Shown: one piece after another, positions 18,314-27,586 of the stretch
Position numbering within the stretch: the stretch's first letter is position 1
Layout: each line of letters begins with the position of its first letter
Assembly: GCA_037917675.1 (NCBI GenBank)
Contig: JAVCBW010000053.1
Span: 1 to 36,214 of the forward strand
Length of the DNA: 36,214 bases
Direction of reading: 5' to 3'
From: Thermoproteota archaeon
GTDB taxonomy: Archaea; Korarchaeota; Korarchaeia; B14-G2
Position numbers and translations under genes: made by a program
The notes under the pieces: generated by a model
Databases searched by the model: none
What the model saw: the letters and a program-made list of their open reading frames with translations, nothing else
Told to the model about the DNA's origin: nothing

Positions 18314-19351
18314 ATGAGCAGCAAGGCAGCTCCACTACTCATCCTACTGGCTGCAGCCATGCTGCTAGCATGCTCTACAGGCCAGCAGCCCCCTCAGCTA
18401 CAGGTCTCAGCTAGCCTAGACAGAGAGCAGTACACTTATGGAAGCATACTCCACGTCAATGGCTCTATGACGCGAGGAGGAGAGAAGGCAAGCTCAGCCA
18501 CCATACTCCTACAGCTCATAAGCCCATCTGGAAGCCTAATACTCACCTGGGCAGTCATGTCAGCTGAATCAGGTGAATTCGAGCTCTCAGCTAGGCTACC
18601 TAGTGAGTGGCCTCCTGGAAGACGTGTCCTAAGCATAACAGCTCAGCTAGAAGACCAAGCTAGCACACCACTCAACCTCACATTCAACCTAGGAGAGAAA
18701 GCAGGTAGACTCTATACACAAATACTCTCAAACCCAAGCGTAGTCATGACCCTACCTGACATAAAGGGCAAGCAGGCTAGAGGCCTACTCCCAGTAGTAA
18801 ACGCCTCCCCCTCAGACCAGGCTGCAGCAGGCTACATAGGAGGCCTATGCCAAGCTGAGACAATAGCATATGACACAGACAGCTGGTATATAGACCCTGA
18901 GACAGGAGAGCCGACAAGCAAGCTTCAGCCTAGAGCAGGGCTAGTGCTCCTTGGAGGACGCATAGTCAACAGAGCAGTATACTACTATGAAGCTGTGTCG
19001 AAGCAGACACCAGTCTACCCTGAAGCCAACAGTACACACATATGGTTCACCCACCAAGCTACAGGTAAGTCAGTAGAGAACACAGCAATATCTTGGAGTG
19101 ACCTCAAAGAAGAGAAAGCAGACCTCTTCATAATAGAGCTATTCCAAGACAGCCAAGGAAGATACGTGATGATATGCTATGGCCTAGGTTGGAGAGGGAC
19201 ATTCACAGCAGCCCTATACCTTGACAGGGTCATCTGGCCAAACATAGGTAGCTACAACAGCACATGGCATATAACTAAGTGGATAGATGACAGAGACACC
19301 TCAGTAGAAGACCCTCTAGCAGACACATACCAGCTGATAGCAGAAGGCTAG
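18314..19351 (+). CDS. Secreted protein / possible lipoprotein: Ig-like domain plus domain paralogous to 16305-17069
   Basis: Signal peptide ending LLAC; LDREQYTYG Ig-like start; LVLLGGRIVN...DLFIIELFQDSQGRYVMICYG..WRGT. Confidence 0.72.
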   Translation: MSSKAAPLLILLAAAMLLACSTGQQPPQLQVSASLDREQYTYGSILHVNGSMTRGGEKASSATILLQLISPSGSLILTWAVMSAESGEFELSARLPSEWPPGRRVLSITAQLEDQASTPLNLTFNLGEKAGRLYTQILSNPSVVMTLPDIKGKQARGLLPVVNASPSDQAAAGYIGGLCQAETIAYDTDSWYIDPETGEPTSKLQPRAGLVLLGGRIVNRAVYYYEAVSKQTPVYPEANSTHIWFTHQATGKSVENTAISWSDLKEEKADLFIIELFQDSQGRYVMICYGLGWRGTFTAALYLDRVIWPNIGSYNSTWHITKWIDDRDTSVEDPLADTYQLIAEG

Positions 19352-19359
19352 GTGGAAGC

Positions 19360-20235
19360 TTGAAGATAGTAGCATGCATGCCAGCATACAACGAGGAAAA
19401 AACCATAGCTAAGATAATACTGCTAGCAGAAAGGCATGTAGACCAAGTGCTAGTATGTGACGATGGGTCAACAGACCTCACAGCAGAGATAGCTGAGAAA
19501 ATGGGAGCGACAGTCATAAGACACAAGGAAAACCTAGGGAAGGGCGCAGCCCTAAGGACACTCTTCAAGAAAGCCATAGAGCAGGAAGCAGACATAGTAG
19601 TAACCCTAGACTCAGATGGCCAACATGACCCAGCAGAGATACCTAAGCTCATAGAGCCCATCCTAGCTGGGGAAGCAGACATAACGATAGGGCACAGGCT
19701 CCAAAGCGAGGAGATGCCCCTATACAGGAGGATAGGGAACAAGCTGCTCACAGCACTCCTCAGGAAGGCAGCGAGAGCCCCAGTACTCGACACACAAAGC
19801 GGCTTCAGAGCATACAGCAGAAAAGCCCTCCAAGCCATATCAATAGAAGTAGACACAATAGCAGTAGACTCCCACATAATAGTAGAAGCATCCAGAAAAG
19901 GGCTGAGAGTAAAGGAGGTACCAGTGAAAACAGCATACAAGGGGCTAAAGCACTCAACACTCAACCCACTCACACACTTCTACACAGTAGCATCATACAT
20001 ACTCAAGCTGATAGCTGGAAGAAAGCCTATAACATGGCTAGGAGTACCAGGAACAATCCTCATAACAGCAGGGCTCCTAGCAGGACTCAGAGTAGTCAAG
20101 ATATTCATAGAAAACAACTACCAGATAGCAATAGGGACAGCTCTGATAGCAGTAATGCTCATAATCCTAGGCTTCATACTCCTAACCACAGCAGCAATAC
20201 TATATGCCATAAGAGAGGCACTAAAGCCAACCTAA
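19360..20235 (+). CDS. Glycosyltransferase family 2 (dolichol-phosphate mannosyltransferase-like)
   Basis: PAYNEE, DDGSTD, NLGKG, DSDGQH, DTQSGFRA; two C-terminal TM helices. Confidence 0.92.
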   Translation: MKIVACMPAYNEEKTIAKIILLAERHVDQVLVCDDGSTDLTAEIAEKMGATVIRHKENLGKGAALRTLFKKAIEQEADIVVTLDSDGQHDPAEIPKLIEPILAGEADITIGHRLQSEEMPLYRRIGNKLLTALLRKAARAPVLDTQSGFRAYSRKALQAISIEVDTIAVDSHIIVEASRKGLRVKEVPVKTAYKGLKHSTLNPLTHFYTVASYILKLIAGRKPITWLGVPGTILITAGLLAGLRVVKIFIENNYQIAIGTALIAVMLIILGFILLTTAAILYAIREALKPT

Positions 20236-20382
20236 ACAAGGCAAGCCAAAATACAGCAGCCCACGAAAACAGAGCATCAGCCTAGATCCACAAAAAGACA
20301 TCAGAGAAAGCCAAAAACCCATGAGCAAGCCCTCCATGCCCTATGAGATACCGCGTCTTCTAGCACCCATGGCTATGTTTAT

Positions 20383-20826
20383 TTGGCTGCCTTCTATAGC
20401 CTTATGGTGTTAGTTGTGGTTGAAGCTTTGCCCACCTTACTTGACATAGCTGTCAGAGAGGCTGTTGAGCGTATACTAGGGAAGATTAAGGAGGGCAAGA
20501 AGATATCTGATGCTGAGATAACCTTGCTACTAGTAGGTGAGCTAGCTAAGAGAATCAATGCACTAGAGAAGAGAGTTGAAGAAGTCAAGGAGGACTTAAG
20601 TAGGAGGATCGAGGGGCTTAAGAGTGAGCTTAGCAAAAGAATCGATGATAGTAGAGATGTAATGGCTACCAGGATTACTGCATTAGAGAAGAGAGTTGAG
20701 GGGTTAGAGGGAAGAACTGAGGAGCTGGAGAGCGAAGTCAGAGGGCTTAGAGCTGAAGTTTCTTCCATCAAGTCTGATGTAATCATACTGTTAAAGGGCT
20801 GGCTAGAGGGGAAGAGAGGAGAGTAA
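20383..20826 (+). CDS. Coiled-coil protein
   Basis: Heptad repeats (ALEKRVEE.../ALEKRVEGLEGR); start may be ATG about 20405. Confidence 0.7.
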   Translation: MAAFYSLMVLVVVEALPTLLDIAVREAVERILGKIKEGKKISDAEITLLLVGELAKRINALEKRVEEVKEDLSRRIEGLKSELSKRIDDSRDVMATRITALEKRVEGLEGRTEELESEVRGLRAEVSSIKSDVIILLKGWLEGKRGE

Positions 20827-21299
20827 CAGGCTTCCTCTCTGCTGTTAAGTTATCCTCTGAGCCAGCTTTCCTCTTGTAGCTGTAAGCGTTGCTGACCTTA
20901 CTAGAGGTGCTCGCTGCTCTAGGCGGATCTAGCTACAGAGGACTCAGGCCACATACAATCACATGCCCATAACAAGACATACAAAGAGAAGCTGACACAT
21001 GCATGTAGCATACTAGCATAAAAGCAAGACCACAGGCAGCAGCCATAGCATCATACTCTAGCTTAACGCTAGGAAGCACTGAAACAAGGAAGCCACAGGT
21101 AACTGAGTGTATTGGCATAAGAGGCAGAGAAGTCGACAACAACCTGAGACGTGCTTCTGACAGCAGCTCTAGGAGCGTTTAAAGAGCTGGTAGAGCTAGA
21201 AAGCTGATGAAGCTGCTGTAGCTACATGAAGGCAGCTAGACAGCAGGCACAGCTACAGAGCTTATAAGATATTAAAGCAAGCTGAGAGCAGGGAGAAGA

Positions 21300-22133
21300 T
21301 GTGAGAGAAGACTTTACTGCTACCAGCACTCACACTTACACTAGCCTACATGACAGCAGCAGCTCAGCCTACCCTACTTGGAGTACATGCTCCAAGCCCT
21401 AGCATACCACTCCCATAGCATAACAGCAGTCTACTATCAAGTAGAGTGGCCAGAAATCACCTTAACAGTAAAGCTGGCAGCACCACCAAAGCTAGGGCCA
21501 CTAGGAGACATAGTAGTATACCTAGACACAGATCCAGCAAAAGGATACTACAGCTTAAACCACCCACTATATGGCACAGACCACTACATAGACATCAACA
21601 ACAAGACACTATATAGCAGAGTAGAGATCATAGAGGAAGACGTCTACATAGCATACTGGCAGCAACCCAAACCCCAGCAGTGAAAGTAGACCCAGCAAAC
21701 ATGACAGTAACAGCTGAATTCAGCCTCCACCACTAAACATAACAGGCGAGCTGAAGATAGCTATAGCAACATACATGCCAAGTGAAGAAGGCTGGCAGCT
21801 AGCTGACAGAACCCCCAGTGAGCTAGACCAGCAGCCCCCTATACATCAGCATACTACATAAGAGAACAGCAAGCACCACAGCCCATAGCAGCATGGTACA
21901 AGCCAGAGAAGCCATCCTATAACATAACCAACATAACAGTATACTGCATGCTAGCAGACGACCTTACAGGAGTACATGAGGCAGCTGCAATGTACTCAAT
22001 AGACGATGAAAACTGGAGCTGCATGAAGATGGTGAGAGTAAACACAAGCACATACATGGCTCAGCTCCCAACTCCACCATGGAGAGAAACACTGCTATAC
22101 TACATCCTATGCTGGGATAGAACAGGGAAGTAG
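21300..22133 (+). pseudogene. Fragmented gene for a secreted Ig-like-domain protein
   Basis: Signal-like KTLLLPALTLTLAYMTAAAQ, then VVYLDTDP, then DDLTGV...YSIDDENW...M...YMAQLP...LYYILCWD.TG in different frames. Confidence 0.6.
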
Positions 22134-22139
22134 AAGGAA

Positions 22140-22966
22140 GCAGCAGCCATCACAGCAATCACAGCACCACACATAGCTAGAGCAACCAAGCCAGCAGTAA
22201 AAGCAGCCATGCAGCTAGCTAGCATGCAGAAGCCTAAGGCAGCAAGAAAGCTAGCACTAGCACGGCAGCAGCAGGTGCAGCAATCCAGCTAGCACTCATA
22301 GCAAACTGGGCTCTAACAGGGACGCCAGTAACCCAGCACATGATAGCATTCCTCTCAAGCTGCCTCTACATAATAGTAGGCATAGAGGTGATCCTACATG
22401 CAAAGCAGGATACTACAGGAAGCTAGAAGGAAGGCTACCCCACTACTCTTAGCAGGGTTAATTCTGCTAGCAACACCAGCAGCCCTAAAGCTCTATGACA
22501 CATACAAGGCAGCAACCCTAGCAACACTCACATTCACCCTGATAGCGAGAGCACAAGCAAGACAGGCTCAAAAAGCCGAGAAGACAGTGAAACTCGCAGG
22601 AAGCCTCCAAAGGGACCTAGAGAGCTTCATAAGCTGAGCAAACAAGAATACACACGAATTCAGACAGACATTCAAGCAGGCACTAGCACAAACCCCCTGC
22701 CAAGCAAGCTTACAGCAATAGTACTCTATAAGCTAGCAGACAACAGTAAAGTCTACACGATAACACCATATATTGTGGACGGAGAGTACGCTACACTACA
22801 GCAGAGCCATCCGCAGAGCCCAGACCTCACAGTAGCCTTAACCAAGCAAGCATGGTACATGCTGGTGAAGCTAGGCTACAAGTACACAGGAGAGCCAGAC
22901 TATACAGAGCTACGGAAGACTCTCCTGAAAATGATAATAGGAGGACAGCTCAAGACAGAAGGCTAG
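22140..22966 (+). pseudogene. Fragments of a membrane protein / hypothetical gene
   Basis: Short hydrophobic ORF pieces (22398-22637, 22775-22966) in different frames on the same strand. Confidence 0.35.
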
Positions 22967-23111
22967 AAGCAGACCCTCTGCCAGCTGAGAAGCATCCATT
23001 AAGCTCAGCTTGCACGTCGAGCTCAACAACAGCTTGACAGCAAAAGCGCCTACAGCTAGCACAAGCTGAAGTAGAGGCAAAGGATATTAACCTCGATTGC
23101 AGCAGCCTCAC

Positions 23112-23858
23112 ATGAAAGCTGTGGTGCTAGCTGGAGGGCAGGGAGCGAGGCTTAGGCCACTAACCTACTACTTCCAGAAGTGCATGATCCCAGTAGGAGC
23201 CAAGCAGAAGCCTCTCCTAGAGTACATAATCAGACTCCTCAGATACCACAATCTAAGAGACATAATCATAGCAGCAGGGTATAAGCATGAGCAGATAATA
23301 AACTACTTTGAAGATGGATCTAGATTCAAAGTCAAGATAACCTATGTGGTAGATAGGCCAGGCTATGAGAGCACAGCGCTAGCTCTACTAAATGCCATGG
23401 AGCAAGGGCATCTAGCTCCAAACGAAGACATACTCGTATACTATGGAGACATCTTGTCAAACGTCAATTTAACAGAGCTTATCAAAGTACACGTTGAGAA
23501 GAAGGCAGCAGCAACCCTAGCTCTAGCAAGAGGCTATAGGATAAGAGTTGGGACAGCGAGAACCATGCCAGATGGGAGGATAACACAGCTAGTAGAGAAG
23601 CCTCAGCTAGACATACCAGTTACCATAGGCATACTAGCATTGAACACAACATCACTCCAGGTAGTAGAGCAGCTCAGAAAGCACACTAAACACGTAGACA
23701 TAATGGCACACCTAATACCCCAGCTGATAAAGCAGGGGAAGCCAGTCTACAGCTACCTGACAACAGAATACTGGCAGGACATAGGCTCAACAGAAAGATA
23801 CGAGAAACTAGACCACAGCCAAGTAGAAAGGAAGCTAGCACACCTACTAAAAGACTAG
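23112..23858 (+). CDS. Sugar-phosphate nucleotidyltransferase family protein
   Basis: MKAVVLAGGQGARLRPLT...K, YGD, EKP, WQDIG. Confidence 0.92.
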   Translation: MKAVVLAGGQGARLRPLTYYFQKCMIPVGAKQKPLLEYIIRLLRYHNLRDIIIAAGYKHEQIINYFEDGSRFKVKITYVVDRPGYESTALALLNAMEQGHLAPNEDILVYYGDILSNVNLTELIKVHVEKKAAATLALARGYRIRVGTARTMPDGRITQLVEKPQLDIPVTIGILALNTTSLQVVEQLRKHTKHVDIMAHLIPQLIKQGKPVYSYLTTEYWQDIGSTERYEKLDHSQVERKLAHLLKD

Positions 23859-23867
23859 CTGCAGAGC

Positions 23868-24462
23868 CGACACCCTCCATGGCTGAAGCCAGGAGACTCT
23901 GGGTTTGTCTCTTAAGCTTCATCCTACCCAGTTCTTTTACAGAGTTGACACAGCCATTCTCGTTCTTTAATCGTCTCTCCACCAAGAACCACTCCCCTCC
24001 TCCCATTCTTATACTTACCCTACCAATCTCCCAAAAATCTAATACAACTTCTGCTCTCTTCTTCAATCGAAGGCGTGGATAGAGCTTCTTAGCAACCTCT
24101 ATAGCCTTACTATCTGCTACCTGCCATTGGTATGCTGTCCTCCACTCTAGTTTTCTCCTTTCAACTCGCATAGAACCGCAACCGAAGAAATTCCATATAA
24201 ACTCTAATTTATTAGCCATCGCTATTTTAGCTTGTAGATAGTGGTGTGGCTTATCCATGTTGTTCTTTTTGCTATTCTAATACCTCCTTCACCATCAAAA
24301 GTCCTGCTAAGTATGCTAAACTACTTCACTCATGCTACTCACATAACTATGTTGTGTCTCAAACCTTAAAAGTCACAATGGGAGCATATCTTTGACGTGT
24401 TAGCTTCATTAACTTTTATTACCATGATACCTTCCCAAGCTGCTTTGTATTCGATGAATCTA
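23868..24462 (-). mobile_element. IS200/IS605 tnpB relic with embedded LAGLIDADG gene and right-end hairpin
   Basis: Minus strand reads RFIEYKAAWEGIMVIKVNEANTSKICSHC (TnpB, ~24462-24376), then the LAGLIDADG remnant, then hairpin CTCC-TGGC-TTCA-GCCA-T-GGAG (23895-23875) followed by GGTGTC. Confidence 0.72.
23925..24342 (-). pseudogene. Single-motif LAGLIDADG homing endonuclease, frameshifted
   Basis: LAYLAGL/FDGEGGIRI across a 1-nt frameshift (~24320-24275), then FFGCGS...AYQWQV...KKLYPRLRLKKRAEVVLDF and a C-terminal IKEREWLCQLCK in another frame. Confidence 0.82.
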
Positions 24463-24703
24463 GATCACCTGCTCCATACCTATGCTCCCTCCAAAACCTA
24501 ATAACCTCAACGCTATTCCAGTCCTTGGGTGCCTCTCTTCTCAGCTCCTCGTTTAGAAGCACAGCTTTAGCTAGATTCCTCTTCTCCTCCAGCTCCAGCC
24601 TACGTAAAATAGCCTCTCTTACAACCTCGCTCCAGTTGATATTTCGAAGAGCCCACATTCTCCTCTTAAGTTCTTCGTCAACTCTAACACTAACTACAGT
24701 TAC
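24419..24703 (-). CDS. VapB-type ribbon-helix-helix antitoxin (start codon unclear; cognate toxin missing)
   Basis: VVSVRVDEELKRRM...INWSEVVREAI...NSVEVIRFWRE pattern typical of archaeal VapB; 3' end runs into the tnpB relic. Confidence 0.75.
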   Translation of the reverse strand, partial: VTVVSVRVDEELKRRMWALRNINWSEVVREAILRRLELEEKRNLAKAVLLNEELRREAPKDWNSVEVIRFWREHRYGAGDLDSSNTKQLGKVSW

Positions 24704-24822
24704 AAATCTATACTACACAGGTCATAACTCATACTTGTATCTTACCAGCGACCTTCTATGTAAGCTACAACAGGTTTGTTAAGGAGCTTAAGAAAGGGTA
24801 TTTCAGTATTTGAATGGAGAGC

Positions 24823-25276
24823 TTACCAGTACTCGGGTTTTGAGCTCTCCCTTATCTTCTCAATAGGATCTGTTACGTGCCTCCACAGTCCCTTCCTGAA
24901 GCTTACTACAACTATGCCAAGCTCGTCTATTATATAGTCGCTTAAAAGCACTTCATTTATGTCTGGATTCACAACAACGTTACACTTTACTTCCTTCGAC
25001 CCCTCTACACCTGCTAGCTTAATCCTCACCATCCCCTACTCTAGGTAAGTCTACCTCTCCACCTGCTGTCTCAAACCCCTCTATCTCAAAGTCTTCTGTA
25101 GGCCATACTTTCAACGCTATCGCTAGCCTAATTGGCATTGCAATATCTGGCTCTCCACTTTCAAATCCAGAGCTGACTAGAGCTGATGTTTCTAAGCGTA
25201 CACCTCTCTCCGATGACACGTATAGCTTCACTCTAACTCCCAGCTCCACCACGCTTAATCCTACACATAAAGCCAA
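24823..25276 (-). pseudogene. Retropepsin-like (clan AA protease fold) protein split by a frameshift near 25030
   Basis: ETSALVSSGFE...P...ETAGG in one frame continues into EVLLSDYIIDELGIVV...GLWR in the overlapping ORF. Confidence 0.65.
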
Positions 25277-25287
25277 CCTTTTTCCTC

Positions 25288-26090
25288 GGGGTTCAGCTTA
25301 CATAGGCGTTGGTAAGCCTTGGAGCTCATCGGGCACAGTCCCCCTCTTAGGTTCATCAGGGTTTGTCATAGTCCTTATCTCCATTCGTGGCAACCCCCAG
25401 AGTCTTCATCTGCATCTTCCACTAGGGATCATCTTCTTAATCACCACACGGTAGAAGGTGCTCGGACTCTGGGGAAAACCACACATCCTAAGGTAGATAT
25501 TGATTGCTCCACACAGTTGTCTGTCGAGGGTCAATCTACATTCCCTGCATTTGACCACCCGCCCCTTTCGGAGCTTCACTATTTCTCCTCCACACATGGG
25601 GCAAGTGGATGAAGTCTTATATGGATTTACAAGCTTGACTCTAGCCTTATAGCCCATATACTGGACTATCATCTTCCAGTTCTGTTTAGTGACATCCCTG
25701 TTATGCTTCTTCCTCCTGGTATACATGCCGCTCTTCTCAAGGTTTTCGAAGCCATGTACTGCATTTGGGAACATCCTAGAAAGTTGTGTGGTCAACTTGT
25801 GAATAAGGTCCTTAGCCCTACTCGCTTCTCTCCTTCCATGTTCTGAAACTTTAGGTTCAATTGATTGTTTCTTGGATGCTTTGCTCTGAGCCACCTTTCT
25901 TTTAATCTCGTGAACTCCATGGATGTGGCAGAGTTTCCTTAAATCTTTTTTATCCATCCATATCTTGTGGAGAATCCATCCATACTGCATTTATTCAGAT
26001 CCCAGCCAATGAATTCTGTTGGCTCCCTATTTTCTCGACTGGGTTGCCAGCCTTCCCTCTCTTAAGTGTGCTGCCCTTAACTCTCTTCAC
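25288..26090 (-). mobile_element. tnpB: Degraded tnpB element (IS607-like) ending CTGAACCCC
   Basis: FIGWDLN (RuvC-I, out of frame), [20 protein letters not shown]...CREC...LDRQLCGAINIYLRM; internal deletions and frameshifts; end motif shared with the 29741-30014 element. Left boundary approximate. Confidence 0.82.
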
Positions 26091-26158
26091 AATCTTATGC
26101 ATCATGACAATGCTAGAAAGACATTAAACGAAGGTAATGTCTAGGGTATGGTGAGCTC

Positions 26159-27586
26159 ATGTCTAGGTACTCTCTACCCAGAGAGGGGAAGTCTAGCAGT
26201 GAGGTGCTAGCCCTCTTAGATGAGGCTTCTAGAGGCGACATGGATCCTCATAGCGGGCTGATGTGGGCTCACTCCTATGAGCATGGGATCAGAGAGGTCT
26301 GGGACGCTGCACACCAGGCGTTCCTAAAGTTCCTAGACAAGACGATGCTAAACTTCACAGTATACCCTAGCATCCTGAAGCTAGAGAGGGAGGTTGTAGG
26401 CATAGTAGCCTCTCTGATGAATGCTGGAGAGGAAGCTGTTGGAACATTCACTTACGGTGGAACTGAGAGCATAATGCTAGCTGTCAAGGCTGCTAGAGAC
26501 CACTTCAGGAAGAGGAGGGGCTCTGATGTAGCTCCTGAGATCATAGTGCCACAGACTGGGCACCCCTCCTTCCTGAAGGCAGCAGAATACCTCCAGCTGA
26601 AGGTGGTGTATGCTAGAGTAGACCCTGAAAGCTATAAGGTAGATGTAGGTGATGTCGAGGAGAAGATAAGCTCTAATACAGCCTTGGTGGTTGGCTCAGC
26701 TCCAAACTACCCCTTTGGGACAATAGATGAAATAGAGAGCCTAGGGGAGCTAGCTGAAGACAGGAATGTATGGCTACATGTAGACGCCTGTATGGGAGGC
26801 TTCATCCTACCATTCTTCGAGAAGCTAGGAGAGAACGTAGTGAAGTTCGACTTCAGAGCCCCAGGTGTATGCTCGATGTCAGTAGACCTCCACAAGTATG
26901 GTTATGCTCCCAAGGGGGCTTCAGTAGTACTCTATAGGGAAGGCAGCTATAAGCTAAACCAGATATATGTGAATGCTAGCTGGCCAGGCTACCCTCTAGT
27001 AAACACTGCAGTCTTATCGACGAGGTCCACAGGACCCCTTGCAGCAGCATGGGCTGTACTACACTGCCTAGGAGAAGAAGGCTACCTGAGGCTCGCGAGT
27101 AAGGTGCTTGATGCAAGGAGAAAGCTTGTCAGAGGGCTTGAGAAGCTAGGCTTCAAGATACTAGGTGCCCCTGAGTCCAGCCTGCTAGCATTCACACACA
27201 ATGAAGTAAACGTGTCGCTAATAGCTGAGCGCATGAAGAAGAGAGGATGGTACCTTCAGGTACAGCCAGGATCCCTCCACCTAGGATTCCCTAAGAGCAT
27301 ACACTTAACCATCAGCCCAATACATGACGAGAAGGCAGAGAAGCTCCTAGCTGACCTAGAGGAGTGCATAGAGGAAGCTAGGCGTCAGCCTCCTCCGCCT
27401 GTAGACAGAGTCTTAGAGCAGCTATCTGGCAGGATAAGCTTAAGGGATGCGATGAAGGCCTTAGGGCTCAGAAGAGGAGAGGCCCCTAGAGAAATGGCCT
27501 TGATAAACGAGCTCATACACCTGCTTCCACCAGATGTCGTTGAAAGCGTTTTCAGGGAGCTAGTCAACGAGCTATTCAGACCCTAG
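26159..27586 (+). CDS. PLP-dependent group II decarboxylase, sphingosine-1-phosphate-lyase-like
   Basis: TYGGTESIMLA, VGSAPNYPFGTID, LHVDACMGGF, SMSVDLHKYGYAPKGASVVLYR. Confidence 0.88.
   Translation: MSRYSLPREGKSSSEVLALLDEASRGDMDPHSGLMWAHSYEHGIREVWDAAHQAFLKFLDKTMLNFTVYPSILKLEREVVGIVASLMNAGEEAVGTFTYGGTESIMLAVKAARDHFRKRRGSDVAPEIIVPQTGHPSFLKAAEYLQLKVVYARVDPESYKVDVGDVEEKISSNTALVVGSAPNYPFGTIDEIESLGELAEDRNVWLHVDACMGGFILPFFEKLGENVVKFDFRAPGVCSMSVDLHKYGYAPKGASVVLYREGSYKLNQIYVNASWPGYPLVNTAVLSTRSTGPLAAAWAVLHCLGEEGYLRLASKVLDARRKLVRGLEKLGFKILGAPESSLLAFTHNEVNVSLIAERMKKRGWYLQVQPGSLHLGFPKSIHLTISPIHDEKAEKLLADLEECIEEARRQPPPPVDRVLEQLSGRISLRDAMKALGLRRGEAPREMALINELIHLLPPDVVESVFRELVNELFRP

Noticed and set aside
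2936-20786. Numerous Ser/Leu/Ala-rich antisense ORFs (e.g. 6521-6979, 7923-8336, 11258-11647, 19275-19973, 20394-20786)
   Set aside because: Shadow frames of well-supported genes, produced by codon bias.
23686-24258. 190-aa ORF as a real intact gene
   Set aside because: It is the middle of the frameshifted LAGLIDADG running through the IS end and antisense into the nucleotidyltransferase gene.
24330-24341. TGA-GTA-GCA-TGA in the tnpB frame at about the second CxxC position (selenocysteine or recoding?)
   Set aside because: The frame also has TAA and TAG stops nearby, no SECIS was seen, and the bases are explained by the LAGLIDADG start region.
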